Shown in pieces: positions 59,885 through 64,000 of a stretch of 64,000 bases of DNA. The notes under the pieces were generated by a model. It was not told the origin of the DNA and ran no database searches. It worked only from the letters and a program-made list of their open reading frames with translations. Numbering within the stretch: the first letter of the stretch is position 1; every line of letters begins with the position of its first letter. Made by a program: the position numbers and the translations under genes. The stretch is from a bacterium (lineage in GTDB: Bacteria > SAR324 > XYD2-FULL-50-16), in the NCBI GenBank assembly GCA_032250835.1, contig JAVVEA010000001.1:64001-128000 (forward strand), written 5' to 3'.

Positions 59885-60841
59885 ATGAGCGACTTCTTCT
59901 CCCAATTCGATCAGGGCCAGTTCATTGAACACGAAGGGCACCAAATCGCCATCCAACTCACCCCACCGGACCAGATCGAAGACTTTTCGAAGGTCTTTTT
60001 TCCTTACCCTGCCGGTTTGGTGGTGGTGACCGGCGGCGACCGGGTCGCCTACCTCAACGGCCTTGGGCCCACGGACCTTCGGATGCTCAAGCCCGGTGAG
60101 GGCACCCGCTGTCTCTTTACCGACAACAGCGGCCATGTGATCTTTGACACCCATATCTTCGCCGAAGCGGACCGCGTGCTGATTTTCACGGACCCCGGCG
60201 AAGAGGTCAAACTACACAAGCACCTGGATTTTTACGCCATTACCGAAGATGTACAGTTTGAAATCTCTAAAGAACCCTTAGAGATGGCCATGGTCTTTGG
60301 CTTTGCGCAAAATGCTGAAACCTTGGGTGGGGAACTGATCTTAAGTGGCAATGGTGGCTTTGCGGTGTTATTCGGGGCGGCAGGGTTTTTTGCCCAATTG
60401 GCCGCTTCGGGCTTCACGCCGATTGGCATGAGCCTTTACGAGGAGCTTCGCCCCCTCTTTGGGATCGTGCGCCCAGGGGTTGACTACGGGGCCCATCAAC
60501 TGCCCCAAGAAGCGGCCCTAGAGCCCTACATTGAGTTCCAGAAGGGCTGTTATCTGGGCCAAGAACCCATCAGCCGGATCAAATTCCGGGGCCGGGTGCG
60601 CCAGCGCTTAGAACAGGTTTTAAGCCAAAATCCCCTAGAACCGGACCAGCCCTTGATGGTCGAAGACAAACAGGTGGGTAAGGTCACCAGCCCGTCGCAA
60701 CTGCAAACCGAGCAGGGCTACTGGAACTTGGCCTATCTGGACGCCACCTTGGCCGAAGATCCGCTAGCCAAGATATTGGCTAACGGTGAAGTACTCCAGG
60801 TGCCTCGCTTCATGGCCCAATGGGCAGCCCAGCAGTCTTAA
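59885..60841 (+). CDS. ygfZ: YgfZ/GcvT-like folate-binding Fe-S cluster repair protein
   Basis: Signature 'KGCYLGQE'. Confidence 0.85.
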   Translation: MSDFFSQFDQGQFIEHEGHQIAIQLTPPDQIEDFSKVFFPYPAGLVVVTGGDRVAYLNGLGPTDLRMLKPGEGTRCLFTDNSGHVIFDTHIFAEADRVLIFTDPGEEVKLHKHLDFYAITEDVQFEISKEPLEMAMVFGFAQNAETLGGELILSGNGGFAVLFGAAGFFAQLAASGFTPIGMSLYEELRPLFGIVRPGVDYGAHQLPQEAALEPYIEFQKGCYLGQEPISRIKFRGRVRQRLEQVLSQNPLEPDQPLMVEDKQVGKVTSPSQLQTEQGYWNLAYLDATLAEDPLAKILANGEVLQVPRFMAQWAAQQS

Positions 60842-60900
60842 TCCATTCTTCTCATCCGCTCGCCTAAGTGGCTATTCAGCGCCCTTAGGCTAAATGCGGC

Positions 60901-61650
60901 TTACCGCCCAAGTAACTGAGCCATCATCTCTTTTTCGGTATAAAAACCCTTCTGCCCGGCGATCCATTTTGCGGCCACCAAAGCGCCCGAAGCAAAGCCG
61001 CCCCGGTTGCGGGCCCGATGGGTTAGCTCGATGCTGTCGAACTCCGAATCGAAGACCACGCTGTGGGTGCCGGGGATCGAGCCTCCGCGTACCGACGCAA
61101 AGTGTAATTCATCTTCTTCGGGCCTACGGTCCAGGCGTTCGGTCGCCAAACGTTTCTTGCGGCTGAGCTTTTCTAGCAGCATGTCGCCTAAGGTCAAAGC
61201 CGTGCCCGAGGGGCTGTCTTTTTTAAGGCGGTGGTGGGCTTCTAGGGCTAAGACGTCGTACATCTCAAAGGGATCAATCATTTGGGCCGCTTCGGAGACA
61301 ATATGGAAGAAGAGGTTGACGCCGATGGAGAAGTTGGAACTATAAACCATCCCTACCCCGGCCTCCGATACCTGTTGGGCCACCTGTTCCTTGTGTTCCA
61401 GCCATCCGGTGGTGCCCATGACCAAGTGTTTCTTGGCCTTAAGAACCTGTGTTATGTTTTCCAAGGCAACCTCAGGCGCCGTAAAGCAAATGGCCACTTG
61501 GGCGTCTTTGAGGGACAAGGCATCGGCGGCTCGGTGTGTCGCATCAGGGTGGAAGGGGTCGATCCTAGCGACCACCTCAACTCCGGCTTGAAGCGCCATA
61601 GAGTCAATCATTTGGCCCATCTGTCCATATCCGATCAGCGCGACTTTCAT
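60901..61650 (-). CDS. dapB: 4-hydroxy-tetrahydrodipicolinate reductase
   Basis: 'GYGQMG', 'GTTGW', 'NFSIGVN', 'EAHHRLKKDSPSGTA', 'R.GFA.GA'. Confidence 0.95.
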   Translation of the reverse strand: MKVALIGYGQMGQMIDSMALQAGVEVVARIDPFHPDATHRAADALSLKDAQVAICFTAPEVALENITQVLKAKKHLVMGTTGWLEHKEQVAQQVSEAGVGMVYSSNFSIGVNLFFHIVSEAAQMIDPFEMYDVLALEAHHRLKKDSPSGTALTLGDMLLEKLSRKKRLATERLDRRPEEDELHFASVRGGSIPGTHSVVFDSEFDSIELTHRARNRGGFASGALVAAKWIAGQKGFYTEKEMMAQLLGR

Positions 61651-61727
61651 GCTTTCCTTTTGTCTTGGTTCACTTTAAGCTGTCTTCAAGGTCAACTTAT
61701 CCTTTCTGTCTTTTGATTTCCAGCCCC

Positions 61728-62237
61728 ATGAGCAGCGACGACCAATTTTTCGAATTGATGCGTAACTTAGGCGTACGCCCATTGGGTAAGCAACCGCCCC
61801 CTAAAGCACGCAAAAACACCAAAGCCAGCCTTGCTGGCCCCTTAGAGTTGACCAGCGAGCCCGTCGCGCCCAAACCCCGCCCCAAATACTCGCCCAAGCC
61901 CTTTAGGTGGGTTTCGGCTCGCCCAGCCAAGATCAACCGCGATTTTGAACCAGACGACGAACTAGACCTACATGGCGAACGACTCGAAGACGCCTTGTTT
62001 AAGGTGCACCGCCGGCTTATGTCCGCCGAGGCGCGCGGTCTGGGGTCTTTGTTGGTCATCACCGGAAAGGGCCTGAATTCGGAGGTAGAAGGAGGGGTCT
62101 TGCGCCGTGGCGTTTGGGACTGGTTGCAGTCCGGTCCCGAAGAGGTGATCGCCAGCTTTGAAGAGGCTCCCAGCTTTATGGGGGGTAGCGGGGCTCTGTT
62201 GATCTTTCTTTACCGTAAACAACCGGTAAAATCCTAA
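61728..62237 (+). CDS. Smr/MutS2 C-terminal domain protein
   Basis: 'ELDLHG', 'VITGKGLNS', 'GGSGAL'. Start moved to ATG 61728. Confidence 0.9.
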   Translation: MSSDDQFFELMRNLGVRPLGKQPPPKARKNTKASLAGPLELTSEPVAPKPRPKYSPKPFRWVSARPAKINRDFEPDDELDLHGERLEDALFKVHRRLMSAEARGLGSLLVITGKGLNSEVEGGVLRRGVWDWLQSGPEEVIASFEEAPSFMGGSGALLIFLYRKQPVKS

Positions 62238-62249
62238 GGAAACAGCACT

Positions 62250-62279
62250 TGTGCAAAGCTGTGGAAAACCTGTGGGAAA
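62250..62279. promoter_or_regulatory. Tandem DnaA-box-like cluster
   Basis: TGTGCAAAG (62250), TGTGGAAAA (62260; fits the reverse complement of TTWTNCACA) and TGTGGGAAA (62271), all in the same orientation at a 10-11-bp period. Confidence 0.55.
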
Positions 62280-62485
62280 AAACCCAATTTTTTCCAAAAA
62301 TTAGCGAAAGGCCCTACCAGATTAGGTAATTCAATCCAGGCTATAAACCCTTTAGGGTGTTTTTATTCCCTATTTAATTCAGATGGATAGCCGTGAAGCC
62401 CCATGGAACGGGGGCAAAAAAATCTGCCGCCTGTATTGACAAAAACTAAATCGGGGAACTTTTCAACAAGCATGGGAATTGAAGG

Positions 62486-62517
62486 GTGGATTGTCTGGTT
62501 TATGTAAGACAACCCAC
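62486..62517. terminator. Hairpin downstream of the R3H gene
   Basis: GTGGATTGTCT-loop-AGACAACCCAC, extendable with TTGAA/TTCAA. Confidence 0.5.
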
Positions 62518-62537
62518 GCGATTTCAACTAGGAGAGT

Positions 62538-63002
62538 CTACCAGTTTGGGCTGGTGATCAAGACAATCTGGCTTTGTTTGATCTTGAAGGAACCGGTGTT
62601 TACTTTTTTACGGTCTAAGACTCTTACCGGGGCCGAGGCATCCCAGACGCCAACGGTGCCATCTTCGGCCAGATAGATGTCTACCTCACGTTGCATGGGG
62701 TCGACAAAGAACTCCTGATCGCCAAAATTCCAGATAATGTTCTTCTTTTCGGGTAGATCCTCGGGCACCGTTGAATCGTCGGTCTTAGCGACCACAATAT
62801 GCCGGTCTTTGGCTTCCCCTTCGGAGCGGGTATCCAAGCCAAAACGGGTGGCTAACTGGTGGGTCAGGCGGCGGTAGTAGGAGTTCATCGCCGGGAGGTG
62901 CTGCTCTGATAGGTCAGACTCCATAAAAGTCTTCAATAGTTCGGCCACCTCGACCATGAACTCTTCTTCGGATAGCCGCGAAAAATCAATGTCTTCTGTC
63001 AT
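62538..63002 (-). CDS. R3H domain (ssRNA/ssDNA-binding) protein
   Basis: 'LPAMNSYYRRLTHQLA..FGL.TRSEGE..DRHIVV'. Confidence 0.85.
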   Translation of the reverse strand: MTEDIDFSRLSEEEFMVEVAELLKTFMESDLSEQHLPAMNSYYRRLTHQLATRFGLDTRSEGEAKDRHIVVAKTDDSTVPEDLPEKKNIIWNFGDQEFFVDPMQREVDIYLAEDGTVGVWDASAPVRVLDRKKVNTGSFKIKQSQIVLITSPNW

Positions 63003-63035
63003 TCGTCAAATCTCTGAAGTGTCTGGATTCAAAAT

Positions 63036-63734
63036 CTAATGGGGCACACATTTGCCGATGGAACCATCGCCGCATTCACTACCGTCGACCCACACAGCAC
63101 CCATCAATTCGGAGCCCTCAAAGGTTGCGCCCATGATGTTCGCGTCTTTGAAGGTCGCCCCCTTGAGGTTGGCGTTCTTAAACTGAACGTCTTGTAGGTT
63201 GGTCTCGTGGAAAATGGCCTTTTCGAAGTTTCCTCCTTCGAAGATGTGGCCGGAAAGGTCTTTGGAGAAGAAGTTACAACCGGCGCAATTGCCGGTAGCT
63301 TCAACCTTCTCTCGGGCTGTTTTGTAACAGACGCCAATGGAGCCTGATTGGCAGCGGAACCCCTGCAACCAGACCGCTCCGGAAAGGTCCGCCCCTTCGA
63401 AGTTAGCCCCGTCGATCTTGGCGTTGCGTAAGTTGGCGGTCATCAGGCTGGCGTTTTTAAAATTAGCGCCCGAGACATCGCTGTTCATCAAGTTCGCGTT
63501 AAACAAGAAGGCTTCTTCAAAGTTGGCGTTGGTCAACACCGAGCCTTCTAGCGTCATGCCTAACATCTTCGCTTTCGAAAAGTCGGCACCGGGCAGTTTG
63601 GCGTTTTTGAAGTAGCTGTTGGTCAGGTCGCAACCTGGACAATTATTGGTGGCGGTGAGTTTGTCGGCATCGTTATTACAGCCAACCATCAGGGTAGACG
63701 CCAGGAGTAGGATAAAAAGGAATAACTTGTTCAT
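63036..63734 (-). CDS. Pentapeptide-repeat lipoprotein with two Cys-capped modules
   Basis: Lipobox 'MVGC'; A(N/D)(F/L)xx repeats; each module begins 'CxxC' and ends 'GAVW.(Q/D)G..C..GSIG.C'. Confidence 0.88.
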   Translation of the reverse strand: MNKLFLFILLLASTLMVGCNNDADKLTATNNCPGCDLTNSYFKNAKLPGADFSKAKMLGMTLEGSVLTNANFEEAFLFNANLMNSDVSGANFKNASLMTANLRNAKIDGANFEGADLSGAVWLQGFRCQSGSIGVCYKTAREKVEATGNCAGCNFFSKDLSGHIFEGGNFEKAIFHETNLQDVQFKNANLKGATFKDANIMGATFEGSELMGAVWVDGSECGDGSIGKCVPH

Positions 63735-64000
63735 TGCGGTTTATGGGAGGGATAGGAAGGTCCTCTTTAATCACTAGTTCTATGCCAGGGACCCTGGGTT
63801 GGCAAGGCTTTTTCTTCGGCATTTAGGGCGCTGCGGGCTCCCCCCAAAAGGCCGCACCTAGGCCGGAGTGGCGCGTCGCGCTTTGACGTACCGCCTCTTC
63901 AAAGACTTCTGCGGACCCCAACAGACAAAACCTTGTTTTTGCGCGGGTCAGCGCGGTATAAACCAGTTCCCGGCAGAGCGGCTCACAAAAGACTTCTGGT

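Noticed and set aside
63901..63998. Direct repeat AAAGACTTCTG near the window end
   Set aside because: Only two 11-bp copies are visible and the window ends there; not enough to call an array.

Overview
A gene-dense bacterial chromosome segment (roughly mid-50s % GC by eye) that is mostly core genome. It has about 55 CDS: recA, groES-groEL, purQ, glnD-like, hom, rpoZ-like, ispG, gap, pfk, orn, uppP, hcp, ndk, hisI, glyQS, argS, secDF-yajC, trkAH, galE, lpdA, ygfZ-like and dapB, plus signalling proteins and several orphan envelope proteins. The gene mix (lipoproteins, GspF, FliN-like protein, homodimeric GlyRS, long-form IspG, CIRCE-controlled groESL) suggests a Gram-negative, deltaproteobacteria-like lineage such as SAR324/Lambdaproteobacteria. 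That placement is inference only. I found no rRNA, tRNA, CRISPR array, transposase, integrase or prophage. I cannot point to one clear-cut novel system. The best leads are: (i) a recA promoter with overlapping alphaproteobacterial-type (GAAC-N7-GAAC) and Gram-positive-type (GAAC-N4-GTTC) LexA-like boxes; (ii) a phased DnaA-box cluster in a convergent intergenic region near 62.25 kb; (iii) a c-type-heme (CxxCH) sensor diguanylate cyclase near a short hybrid-cluster protein with non-canonical Cys spacing; (iv) a tightly coupled operon led by an atypical Hsp70 (Hsp70-orn-pfk-VTT/flavin disulfide reductase-DUF547-YcgN); (v) an oversized GlnD; (vi) a TPR-SLH lipoprotein pair; and (vii) a 440-bp multi-hairpin intergenic region. 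Start codons were adjusted by hand where RBS or overlap evidence favoured a downstream start.
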